This document shows positions 48,978-61,389 of a stretch of 64,000 nucleotides of DNA, piece by piece. The notes beneath the pieces were generated by a model. That model did not search any database. It had not been told where the DNA came from and was given only the letters and a program-made list of their open reading frames with translations. Origin of the DNA: Octopus sinensis (taxonomy: Eukaryota); NCBI RefSeq assembly GCF_006345805.1, contig NC_043000.1, positions 154,380,001 through 154,444,000 of the forward strand, written 5' to 3'. Positions within the stretch are counted from its first letter, which is position 1; each line of letters starts with the position of its first letter. The position numbers and the translations under genes are program-made.

Positions 48978-49704
48978 AAGAAATGAAGTTAAAAAGGCAC
49001 AAAGAATATATTTATTTCTTTATTGCCCACAGGGGACTAAACATAGAGGGGACAAACAAGGGGATCAAGTCGATTACATCGACCCCAGTGCGTAACTGGT
49101 ACTTATCTAATCGACCCCGAAAGGACGAAAGGCAAAGTCGACCTCGGCAGAATTTGAACTCAGAACGTAACGGCAGACGAAATACCTATTTCTTTACTAC
49201 CCACAAGGGGCTAAACACAGAGAGGACAAACAAGGACAGACACACGGATTAAGTCGATTATATCGACCCCAGTGCGTAACTGGTACTTATTTAATCGACC
49301 CCGAAAGGATGAAAGGCAAAGTCGACCTCGGTGGAATTTGATCTCAGAACGTAGCGGCAGACGAAATACGGCAAAGCATTTCGCCCGGCGTGCTAACGAT
49401 TCTGCCAGCTCGCCGCCCCGGCACAGAGAATATATTAGAATTAATTAGAATTTAATTATATTTTAGAATATAGGGATGCGCTTAACGTTAATTGATAGCG
49501 TTCTGAGCTACATTCCAGCTTAAAAAAAAACAAACTATTTTTATACAACGGTCAGAATAGACATAATTTGCGTCACAACTCCATACACTATGCACTTTTG
49601 AAAATCCAATATCAAATCGGTCAAGTGTATTCCTATATTTTAAGATATAATTAAATTCTAATTAATTCTAATATATTCTCTGTGCATATTTAACTTCATT
49701 TCTT
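48978..49704. mobile_element. AT-rich fold-back/MITE (~72-bp arms) with a SINE inserted in the left arm
   Basis: Arms 48978-~48995 plus 49421-49474 versus 49632-49704. Confidence 0.75.
49013..49419 (-). mobile_element. SINE family B dimer
   Basis: 17-bp TSD ggcaca(a/g)agaatatatt at 48996-49012 and 49420-49436. Confidence 0.92.
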
Positions 49705-49733
49705 CTATTCCTCTACTTGTTTAAATTAATAAC

Positions 49734-49781
<48 letters not shown>

Positions 49782-49784
49782 CGT

Positions 49785-49950
49785 TAGTTAATCCAAACAT
49801 GAAAACACAACGAGAAAACACAACAACGCGAGGACGTAGAACAAGTATAGTATTATTGGACGCTCAGGAAAGAAGGAAAGAAGGAGGGTTTAACGTTTCG
49901 AGGGTAGACGGAGGAAAAAAAATCGCCAACGGTACACACGCGGTCACATT
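49785..49950 (-). mobile_element. third copy of the ~200-bp hammerhead element, 5' half of the ribozyme deleted
   Basis: Reverse complement of the 23018/32203 family; only ctcgaaacgttaaa retained; (TA)n on both sides. Confidence 0.78.
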
Positions 49951-49958
49951 TTGAATGT

Positions 49959-50063
<105 letters not shown>

Positions 50064-51524
50064 GTATGTGTATTTGCATTCCCAACATCGCTTGACAACC
50101 GATGCTGGTGTGTTTACGTTTCCGTAACTTAGCGGCTCGGCAAAAGAGACCGATAGAATAAGTACTAGGCTTACAAAGAATAAGTCATTATGTATGTGTG
50201 TGTGTGTGTGTGTATGATATATACTTGTCATGTCAAGGCACAAGCATCTCAACGTCTGGCCTTGGATAGTCTCGTCTAATTCTAGTATTTGTTTTACCTC
50301 TTGTTTGTTACGATTAAATAAACCAAGTATAGATCCACTGACCAGAGTATTACATTCACAGTCACCAAATTAAAATGCAACGATAAGCACTTGAATAAGC
50401 GCTTATTTTCAACTCTCTCGTTTCTGTCTTTTTTATCCTTTGATTTCATTCTTCGTCATTCAAAGGTCTACTTCTAATTTCTCCCTAGCTTATTCGTACA
50501 AGTAAAAATATTTTTATTCCATTAAAAATCGTGACTTTTTAAAAAGTGATAACGTTATGATTCGTTCATTTTTTGTTTGATGTTGGTTGCAACGCACTTG
50601 TTAATGGTTTTATTTGTTCACCCTCTCTTTCAACCGAAAGTTCAATATAATAAATTCCATGAAACCAATTTCTTTAGTATACATGAACTGTTGACCTTTG
50701 AAATTTTTTTTTTTTTTACTTTCAATTTGCTTTCCTCTGACCTATCCAGTCAGTTTTTTTAAAGCACAAAGTAAATAAGTATCAATCAAAACTTTTGATA
50801 CTTATCGGTTTTAACAAGTCGCACGACACGAGTTTATGTCAGCTTAATTGCTTGGGAACTTTTATTTAAAAACCAAACACATTTACAAGGGCTTTATCTT
50901 ATCTCTCCACCACACCAAATAAACTTGTTTATTTGTGTGTCGATTATATATACATCCACACACACATGTGTATTTTTAATTTTGCTTTTTACCTTCATGC
51001 TTCCTGCCACATAGTTGTTTTGCTAACTGGTATTATTTTACCTTAGTTAATAAATACCTTTCAACACTAAGCCCCTGATCCGAATTGTTTGTTTGTATTT
51101 GTAAGGACCACATTTCAGAAGCACATCTACAAGTAGATTAGATACATCAGGGTAACACACAGTACTGCACCGCAATAAATCTACATTCCGATCTCAAAGA
51201 CGTACGAAATCAAATTCGAGTGGTAGTTGATGGTCCATATCAAACCAACTGTTTTAACAGGCGGAATATCTTCGTTCTATTATAGACTTAATTGCTAAGA
51301 TTTTCCACTTCCAATTATATCAGGAATTTATAAACACCAATTTAAGACGGAAACGAACAGCAAGCACACTTGCTTTCCTATCGTTTGTTGTGTGACCATG
51401 TTTTAAGTTGCAAACATCAAGCCGAGGTGAGTTGATTACTATGTTGTATATTGATAGCATGTATCCTGCTACCTACCACTACGGAACCGACGGATTAATT
51501 CATAGAAATAAAATATTGATTTCA

Positions 51525-51730
51525 GATTTTGGCACAAAGCCAGTAATTTCGAAGGAGGGATTAAGTCGATTACATCGACTCCGGTGCTAGACGGGTACTT
51601 ATTTTATCGATCTCGAAAGGATGAAAGGCAAAGATGACCTCGGCAAAATTTGAACGCAGAATGTAAAGACGGACCAAATACCGCTGAGCATTTTGCCCGA
51701 GTTGCTAACGATTCTGTCCGCTCGCCGCCC
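51525..51730 (-). mobile_element. SINE family B
   Basis: Homology to other copies. Confidence 0.82.
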
Positions 51731-52317
51731 TACAAACGAAAATAGGTTTGCAGTATTTAGTTTGAAGAGTTGAGGAAGGTGTTCTACTGCATAACCCGGT
51801 AAACGAAAGATACGGCATGTGAATCCTTTCAGCTACTTTGTTACGCTTTACAAATTGATACTGTTATGTTTATCACAGCGCAAGGCCTTTCCAGACTGGA
51901 AAGTTCGACTCAGTTGATGTTAAGCTTGAAGTTTGGCTGACTGATGCTTGTTAAATTTAAGAGAAACTTACTGTGACATAGCTAGAGTGTATACCGCCCG
52001 GGGCGATCCTTGAGTTTGCCGCTCTCTCACTCTGAGTCTTCAAGCCTACACAGCCTTATACAGCAGACGCAAAAGTGCTTCCCTCATAAAAGTGTGGCCG
52101 GAGTCAAGCATCCTCTCGCCTTCTTTTTAACTATGTAACTTGAAGTTTGAAACATTTACAGATTTGGGTAGGAAGGATTAGACGAAGAGTTTACTGGATT
52201 TGAGATAAAATTGGGTACATTATATGTGCTTGGGTGGTGGAAGTTGGCCGTTGGCTTGTTCATAGCAACAAGAAAAACAAGAACAGCAGAAAAGACGTTA
52301 ATGGGTTCAGAGTGTTA

Positions 52318-52468
52318 TTCCGCCGAGGTCGACTTTGCCTTTCATCCTTTCGGGGTCGATAAATAAAGTACCAGTTACGCACTGGGGTCGATGTAATCGA
52401 CTCGATCCGTTTGTCTGTCCTTCGTCGTCCCCTCTATGTTTAGCCCGTTGTGGGTAGTAAAGAAATAG
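52318..52468 (+). mobile_element. 5'-truncated SINE family B
   Basis: Central domain plus tail 1. Confidence 0.88.
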
Positions 52469-53457
52469 GATAATATTTTTTTATGTAGTCTAGAGTGTTA
52501 TTGATAATATAAATCATCTCCCTTTGTGCCACTTAGGAAATGCATCAAATATTTTATACAGAATATGTGAAATTCAGTAAATATTTGAATAAGATGTTCA
52601 TGCTTGCACATTCTTAATAGCAGATACAAAGAAGATTCTGACAAGACATTTGTCATTCCCACAAAAAGACATGTTACGTATTTATGTAAAATTTAATCAG
52701 AGCTGAGATCTCATGAGTTGCTACAGTCGGCCTTTTTTTTCCGGTTCGCCAGTAAGATAATATTTATTCGATTGAATAAGTTTTATCTTACTTACCTTAA
52801 CCATGTTGAGTATGTCTTATATATTCTTGCAGTTATTTTAGACGGAATACTGTGTGGATTATGCCAGTGATTCAATGGTCCAGCAGTGTCACTCAGTGTC
52901 TGATTATGGCCCCTGAGAATTACGTTAGGGGTCCACATGTACGCGGAATACTCAACAACTTACACGCTAATTCAATGAATCTGCTAGTTAAGATGATCGA
53001 ACAACTGAATACTCATGGTCAGAAATTCTAACCGAGATCCATATTTGGAAAAATGTAGAAGAATAGCTTTTCTCATGATTATTTTCTAATCATTAATCAT
53101 CAAAGTAATTTTTCTTCTCTTTTTCAAGTATAAACCACTGTACTAACGATTTTTCCATTTCTATCACACACACACACACACACACACACACAACACACAC
53201 ACACACAAATACAATATATTAGATTTTTAACGGTAAAACTCGAAGTAGATAGAGCAATAAATAATAGCATTGAGTTAAAAAGAACTCTTGGATTGAAAAA
53301 GTCGAAGGCTTCTTGCTATCTAAGATGTTTTTTTTTACCCAATATTCGTTCACACGCTATAATTTATATCTTTACATTCTTCGTATCCCAAGAAAAAGAC
53401 AATATTCATTTGAAGTTTTTAAATTCTTATGACACACAACACACTCACACACACAAA

Positions 53458-53525
53458 TAGTAATAATAATAATAATAATGATAATAATAATAGTAATAAT
53501 AATGATAATAATAGTAATAATAATG

Positions 53526-53556
<31 letters not shown>

Positions 53557-53679
53557 TAATAATAATAGTAATAATAATGATAATAATAATAGTAATAATA
53601 ATAATATAATAATGATAATAATAATAATGAATAATAATAATAATGATAATAATAATAATAATAATTAATAATAATAATA

Positions 53680-53727
<48 letters not shown>

Positions 53728-53774
53728 TAATAATAATAATGATAATAATAATAATGATAATAATAATAATAATG

Positions 53775-53810
<36 letters not shown>

Positions 53811-54051
53811 TATAATAATAATAATAAATAATAATAATGATAATAATAATAATATATAATAATGATAATAATAATAATGATAATAATAATAATGATAATA
53901 ATAATAATAATAATGATAATAATAATAGTAATAATAATAATAATAATAGTAATAATAATAATTAATAATAATGATAATATAATAATAATAATAATAATAA
54001 TAATATAATGATAATAATAATGATAATAATAATAATGATAATAATATAATG

Positions 54052-54086
<35 letters not shown>

Positions 54087-54151
54087 AATAGTAATAATAA
54101 TAATAATAATAGTAATAATAAATAATAATAATAATGATAATAATAATAATG

Positions 54152-54185
<34 letters not shown>

Positions 54186-54319
54186 TAATAATAATAATAA
54201 TAATAATGATAATAATAACAATGATAATAATAATAATGATAATAATAATAATAATAATGATATAATAATAATAATAATAATAATATAATAATAATAGTAA
54301 TATAATAATAATAATAATG

Positions 54320-54353
<34 letters not shown>

Positions 54354-54510
54354 TAATAATAATAATAATAATGATAATATAATAATAATATGATAATAAT
54401 AATAATGATAATAATAATAATGATAATGATAATAATAATAGTAATAATAATAATAATAATAGTAATAATAATAATAATAATAATGATAATAATAATAATA
54501 ATAATAATAA
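53458..54510. repeat. ~1.05-kb (AAT)n array with GAT/AGT variant units
   Basis: Direct reading. Confidence 0.98.
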
Positions 54511-54750
54511 TCGACGTAGCAGTGCTAGGAGATCAACATATCATTATGAAAGAAAGAGAAAAAGTTGATAAATATGGAGACCTGAGAATTGAGATCGCTA
54601 AGATGTGGCAGCTACGAGAGTCGAACATAAAGGTTATCCCTATTGTCATTGGAGCATTGGGTTCAATACCACCCAATCTGAAAAAAAAACCCATCTGGGA
54701 ACCTTAGAGATACCCTACAATCTAGATGTATTGCAAAAGTCGGCATTACA
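54510..54750 (+). pseudogene. R4/Dong-clade retrotransposon restriction-like endonuclease C-terminal fragment
   Basis: IDVAVLGDQHIIMKEREKVDKYGDLRIEIAKMWQ...KVIPIVIGALGSIPPNL..HLGTLEIPYNLDVLQKSAL fits the R4 pattern IDVA.P.D...KE.EK..KY.DL..E....W......P.VIGALG. Confidence 0.88.
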
Positions 54751-55772
54751 TGTATTTCAAATGAATATTAGAAAACTGTTGTATGTAAGAGCATCGAATA
54801 TGATATACTAGTTCTGAACTCGTTTCCCTATCTCCGAAATTTAAAACATTTTTCTATATGGTTTTCTTAATTCATACAAAATGGCTCAAAATACGCTTCA
54901 TTCGGTATAGGACAAGGCAAACAATACCAAAATACCAAACTTGTCTTTCCTGGTTCCATAGTGGTATTACTGATGATTGCAAGAGTACTTGTAGCCGGGT
55001 GGATTCCGTTGACTGCGGCAGTGGTGTTGATTTTAATGCATTTGTTGTCGGATAACTGAAAAAGTAATCCAGATCAATTACCTTGTGCTATCAAGTTAGG
55101 TCTAGGTTCAAATCCCGCTAGAGTTAATTTTGCTTGTTAATACTTAGGGAGATGAAAAACAATAATGTTTATTCGATCGCTTACTTTTTTTTAAATTTGT
55201 GGTCCTGTGCCAAGATGAAATCGTTATCAGCAGCAATATTATTAGTGGGAGTATGATGGTAATGGAAAATATATTATATTGTTTTCACCATTGGTAACCA
55301 GAACAAAGAAGGAAGAGGAAAGGATGCGGTATTATTGGCTTTAAATTTTTTGTGTGCCAGAATTGATAGCTTATCAATTGCCAGACTTAGGTGATACTGA
55401 AGTTATCAACATTGAAAGGTTGAAGAACGTTACAAAATACCACCATTGCGTTTGACACTCTTCGGGGCTCAATCAATTTTGATATCCACACCATTTTACA
55501 AATACATAAGCAGCCTGGTTAAAAAGAGCGGGTAGTCGATTAAATCGCCCGCAATATTTGGCTGGTACTTTGTCTTTAAATTTCTCCTAGGTTCATATCA
55601 CTGCGTAGCATCTTGGGCAAGTGTAATTTTCTTTATTTTGGGGGTCGCCCCATACCGAGTGAAAGAAATTAAGTCGACGGAAACTCTGCTGAAACATGTC
55701 AGATGGTTTGTACCTGTAATTCAAAGGTCCCACTTTTTCATGCGTTGTGCCACACTGAGTCCACCCGAGAAA

Positions 55773-56172
55773 TCTTTATATATAAAAGTGAGGTTGTGTG
55801 CTGTCTGTCTCCTACGATTTAGATTCCTAACTACTCCCACATTTTGCGGTGCAGTTTAACCAAAAGCGGGTATCTTATAGTCGTGATTCATATCGAGCCC
55901 TTCTGGGTATTAGCGCGCGTCTACAATGAGTCTACGATTAAAAAAAAAATTACCATAAATTTTTTCCATTTTTAATGCATTTTTTTGCTATTATATAAGG
56001 GAAGTAACTCTCTAAAAATGTATTATTAAATCTCAGAACGTAAAAAGCTACAGTAACACCCCCCACCTTTGTGGTTAGCCATACTGAGATGGCTATTATA
56101 CTTTACATCTCTAAAAATGCTTATATAGTTATTTCCCTTACAAACCCGAGCAACGCCGGGCGATACTGCTAG
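55773..56172 (+). mobile_element. non-autonomous Helitron
   Basis: 5' TCTTTATATATAAA; 3' cccgagcaacgccgggc hairpin then CTAG; A|T insertion site. Confidence 0.9.
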
Positions 56173-56456
56173 TACATTAAAAAAATATGTCTGTAGAATA
56201 CACGACCGCTTGTATTCTAATTCGGGCCAGTAGATCGAATAATAGAAAACTCAACGTGCGAAATTCATATGCGCGCGTTTATGTTTCAAAATTGTACAAA
56301 AGACGGAGATGGGTGAGAGAACAACAAACAAGGTGTATTACTTTGACGCTGAAGAGAAATGGAAGAGTCTTTGACGTTTCGAGCCTCTATGTGTGTGTGT
56401 ATTACATATATGTATATATGTTTATATATGTGTGTGTGTGTATGTGTGTGTGTATA

Positions 56457-56500
<44 letters not shown>

Positions 56501-56508
56501 ATATATAT

Positions 56509-56542
<34 letters not shown>

Positions 56543-56556
56543 CGTGTGTATGCATA

Positions 56557-56627
<71 letters not shown>

Positions 56628-57023
56628 TTTTCTACTCTAGGCACAAGGCCCGGAATTTTTTTTCGGCGGGAGCCAGTTGATTAGATTGACTCCAGTACGC
56701 AACTGGTACTTAATTTATCGACTCCGAAAGGATGAAAGGCAAGGTCGACCTCGGCAGAATCTAAACTCAGAACATAAAGATAGACGAAATACCTATTTCT
56801 TTACTACCCACAAGGGGCTAAACACAGAGGAGACAAACAAGGACAGACAAGCGGATTAAGTCGATTATATCGACCCCAGTGGGTAACTGGTACTTATTTA
56901 ATCGACCCCGAAAGGATGAAAGGCAAAGTCGACCTCGGCGGAATTTGAACTCAGAACGTAGCGGCAGAGGTAATACCGCTAAGCATTTCGCCCAGCATTC
57001 TAACGTTTCTGCCATATCACCGC
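56628..57023 (-). mobile_element. SINE family B dimer
   Basis: Two central domains, junction gacgaaatacctatttcttt. Confidence 0.9.
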
Positions 57024-57052
57024 CTTTATTTGTTTATTTATATATATATATA

Positions 57053-58318
57053 CAGGGGTTGGTCAACATAATGGAAACACCTAGCATCATAAGTTTGAAA
57101 TATCTATAAAACCGTAAAAAGCTTGTTTATTTTTATGTTTTCTGATTTATTATTAGTGTTGCTTAATATGTTTTGCTAAAATTACTGTTTTCTTTCAGAT
57201 ATCATCAGAAAAAGGTAATTAAAATTCATTAAAATGACAGATCTATCGGACTTTCAAAGAGATCAAATTGTTGGTGGTCGTATGGCAGGCGCTAGTGTAA
57301 CGAAAACAGCTGAAATATTTGGTGTATTAAGAAGTACTGTCTCGAAAGTAATGACAGCCTTTGAGGAAGATGGAGAAACCTTCTCGTCGAAATAAAACTC
57401 CGGAAGAAAACCAAAACTTTCAGATAGGGATCGTCGGATTCTTACGCGAATTGTTAGAAAGGATCACAAAAATACAGCTCCCAAAATTAATGCAGAGCTT
57501 AATGACCACCTCGAGAACCCAGTTTCCACAAAAACTGTTCACCGGGAACTGCACAAAGCCGGATTTCACGGGGGGACTGCAATCAAAAAACCACTACTTT
57601 CAAAAGCGAACGTTGTAAAGCGGTTAGAGTAGAGTAAAAACTTACAAAATTGGTCCCTAGAACAGTGGAAGAATGTTATTTTCTCGGACGAGTCATCCTT
57701 TACCTTATTTCGGACCACCGGCCGAGTATACGTAAGGAAACAGCCAAAGGAAGCAACTGACCCAGCCTGCCTTCTTCAAACTGTTACACATGGAGTAGGA
57801 TCTGTGATGATCTGGGGCAGGGGGGGGGTCTATATTTTGGAAATTCGCCCACCCAATAGTTTCCCTTCATAGCAGAATTAATAGTCAAGACTATTTAATA
57901 ATTTTATCTGATCAAATTCATCCTATGGTTGCGGAACTGTTTCCGGAGGGAAACGCAATCTTTCAGGAAGATAATACACTAATTCACACAGCTAAAGTTG
58001 TTCCTGAATGGCACGAGGAACATTCTAGTGAAGCTTAACATCTTATCTGGCTACCACCGTCCCCAGAGCTCAATATTATTGAACATTTATAGTGCTTTTT
58101 AGAAAAACAAATAAGGAGTCGATATCCTCCACTACAAGAAGTGGAGACTGTTTTAGCTGAAGAATAGACAAAAATTCCTTTGGAAACAATTCAAACTTGT
58201 ACGAGTCCATACCTCATACAATTCAATCTGTAATTACTGGCAAAGGCGGTCCTACTCCATATTAAAAATAAATTTGCTTGAAATTTTAAAGTTTTCCCAT
58301 TATTTTTTCCAACCCCTG
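57053..58318 (+). mobile_element. near full-length Tc1 transposon; transposase pseudogene ~57234-58265
   Basis: TIRs caggggttgg...aataatggaaac / gttttcccattattttttccaacccctg; MTDLSDFQRDQIVG.., VIFSDES, FQEDN, SPELNIIE; several stops and frameshifts. Confidence 0.93.
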
Positions 58319-58333
58319 TGTGTGTGTGTGTGT

Positions 58334-58386
<53 letters not shown>

Positions 58387-58387
<1 letters not shown>

Positions 58388-58830
58388 ATTCATAGGTGAG
58401 GGCAAAGGAAAACATTTTCTAATGCCAAATATGCCGAAAAATTGGACATATTGTCCATTAACCATATAATTTTTTCACAATACGCACGCTACTCGAAAAA
58501 AGGTCGACAGCAATTTCTAAAAAATACCATTATTACCATATCGGACCGATTTCAGAGTTAGCTCATAAGAACCCTCTCTTCGTCAGTGATACATGTGGCA
58601 AAAGAAATAAATGAGATACTTACTCATACCCATACGAAGAGAGGGTTCTTAGTAGCTAACTCTGAAATCGGTCCGATATGGTAATAATGGTATTTTTTAG
58701 AAATTGCTGTCGACCTTTTTTCGAGTAGCGTGCGTATTGTGAAAAAATTATATGGTTAATGGACAATATGTCCAATTTTTCGGCATATTTGGCATTAGAA
58801 AATTTTTTCCTTTGCCCTCATCTATGAATT
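58387..58830. repeat. long fold-back, 197-bp arms (58387-58583 / 58634-58830), 50-nt spacer
   Basis: Arms are reverse-complementary with about 4 mismatches by eye; starts at (TA)n. Confidence 0.95.
58534..58591 (-). ncRNA. type I hammerhead ribozyme motif
   Basis: Minus strand UAUCA-CUGACGA-AGAG..CUCU-GAA-AUCGG(U)CCGAU-A-UGGUA: stems I, II and III all form; AUA triplet. Confidence 0.68.
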
Positions 58831-58931
58831 GTTTATAAATTTAACCTTTAAAGGTATTTTTTAATATGATAATATGATTTTTTAATATTTTTAATTGATA
58901 AAATTTTTTTCGTAATAAATTTTTTTGGAAA

Positions 58932-58949
58932 AAGATTTTATCCTACATT

Positions 58950-59036
<87 letters not shown>

Positions 59037-59075
59037 TGTGTGTGTGTGAGTGTATGTGTGTGCGTGTGTGTGTAT
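58932..59075. repeat. (TA)n-(TG)n microsatellite
   Basis: Direct reading. Confidence 0.97.
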
Positions 59076-60169
59076 TAAATTTATCGACATTGGAATTTAG
59101 ACGTCTGCTCCCTACATGGTTTAGAAGTTATAAAATTGGTTTTCAGACAAATATTTTCCTTCATCTATCTGCATAAAATGGATAAAATGACTTCGAGCAA
59201 CAGCAGCCCCGCTATTTCACGTGGTAATTTTGTATGCTATATGTTATGTGTGATACAAGAAATGCAACCACACTATTTCTTGTACCACATTCGCGTGAAA
59301 AAAGAGAAAATAATGAACATGAAAATAATGTCAGCAAGCTACGTTTGAAAATAAAATAAGGATGACATTTCTATCAACAAAGCTACTAAAACGAACATTT
59401 CTAGCAATTTTTTTGTAGTTGTAACAGCAGTAACCACAACATTCGGATATACATGTCAAACAAAAATGTATGCTGAAACAATAATTTTGAGGACGGCTGT
59501 CATCTTTGTAGCTATCGCAACAGAAAGGCCTGATATAAACGAAACTCAAGAGAAAAAAATACCGTAGTCTGCTAAAACTATGCGGAGCGAGCTTTTCTTT
59601 CCCTGCCGGAACAGTATACCCAGAGAAATACTAAGAGAAATGGTCACATGTATGTGCATACGGAAAAAGGGTCGAAGGGTGTTGTTTCAGTTACTCTCAA
59701 AGCAGTAAGTCGAAGACCTGTTAATTGATGCCACTATGTATGAGCCAATGAGACACAATGAGATACAGAGGCATCGGACATGATGTTAGTAACCTTGTTT
59801 TGTTGTCACCTTTGTCTCGCAGTATGGACAGAGATAACTCGAAGGTGGGGAAAATAGTTGTAAAAAGTTCTTGTTACCATAGAAGATCACAAAGCCTCAT
59901 TGTAACTGTTCCCAGTTGCAAAAATAGGAACGAAGGAATTGAAACTGGTTTGTATGACAAAAAAAAAAACCAAAAAAACAAAAAGACTGTTGGTTGCAAT
60001 TGCCACTTGAGGACTTTTTTACCTTGAAAAGCTGAAGAAGAGAAGAAAAAGAAAGATAACTAATTAATTTGTTTTTCTATACTGTTATATTCTAAGTATT
60101 TACTCTCTTCTTTATATTTTTCGAAATTTTTAAAAACTCGTTCCCTCCATCCATATATATATAAAATAA

Positions 60170-60580
60170 TATGAGGGAATATTATTCCAAACTTACAGGG
60201 AAAACTTCAATTTAGAAATACTAAATCAAATTTCACCAAATATAATATATATATATATATATATATAATATATATATATAATATATATATAATATATATA
60301 TATATATAGGAAATAAACACCTTTTATCAAATCAATAATGAAAAATTAAATTATACCATCTAGAAAAATTACATCTTATAGAAAGATTAAATATAAGATA
60401 AAACATATAACAATGATTAAGTAATGTGAAAAATAATAAATAAAACGTATATATTTGGTAGAATAACGACACGTGTTTCGTGGCTATATTTAAGAAATGA
60501 TAATAGTAAAATCACTTCAATATAAATATAGCCACTCTTCAGGTTAAAGATAAAAACAATAAAATAATTAATTAGAAAAA
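60170..60580 (-). mobile_element. (TA)n-anchored AT-rich element with a canonical hammerhead (Penelope-like derivative)
   Basis: Shares ccaaacttacagggaaaa with 2432-2720; contains an HHR. Confidence 0.65.
60464..60546 (-). ncRNA. type I hammerhead ribozyme with fully canonical core
   Basis: Minus strand UAAC-CUGAAGA-GUGGCUAUAUUUA...UAAAUAUAGCCAC-GAA-ACACGUGU-C-GUUA: perfect 13-bp stem II, palindromic stem III, GUC triplet, 4-bp stem I. Confidence 0.82.
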
Positions 60581-61134
60581 TTAATAAATATAGTTAAATA
60601 ATCCTGTAAAATACGAAATATCTTAACAAATATATTCCTGTTTAAATAAAAAAATAGAATAACAAATAAGATACGTTGAACATTACCATCCCATTTCCGT
60701 TGCACACACACACGAACGCAAACATACCTCTCTTTTACACACACATACACTTCAAATGCCGTTTATCGGCTATTTCACTCCTTCCTTCGTTATTCATTTA
60801 TCACCCCTTCCTTTCTCATTCGTACGACGCTCTCTTTGCCACTTCATTTCATCTTTCTCATTGTCATTACTCCCTCCCAGTCAGGGCTATTACTCTCACT
60901 ACTTCCCCTTCACTGTATTAGTATTTCATCTCCTCTCCCTTCACCTCTCACTCTCTCTATATATTTGGATTATTTTTTCCGTTTGAGAGCGGTCAGGTTC
61001 GTTTTTAGCATTCTCGTTTGTGAGAGCAGTCGAGTTTTTTTTCAGAAATTTTCATTTTAATAATAATCTCTGGCCAATCGTTGAGAGGACGTTGGTGTTG
61101 CCTTGGCGGAGGTTTGCGTTCGTTGAGTGTTCTT

Positions 61135-61324
61135 ATCATTATCATTAAATACCAGTGAAACTGTGGAGTCGATGCAATCGACTAGTCCATTTCCCACAAA
61201 TTTCAGGCCTTATGCCTTTAGTAGAAAGGATTCTTCTTCTTCTTCTTCTTCTTCTTCTTCTTCTTCTTCTTCTTCTCTTCTTCTTCTTCTTCTTCTTCTT
61301 CTTCTTCTTCTTCTTCTTCAGGCA

Positions 61325-61389
<65 letters not shown>

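Noticed and set aside
53445-54221. 258-aa ORF and neighbouring poly-I/N/Y ORFs
   Set aside because: Translations of the (AAT)n array; no evidence of coding
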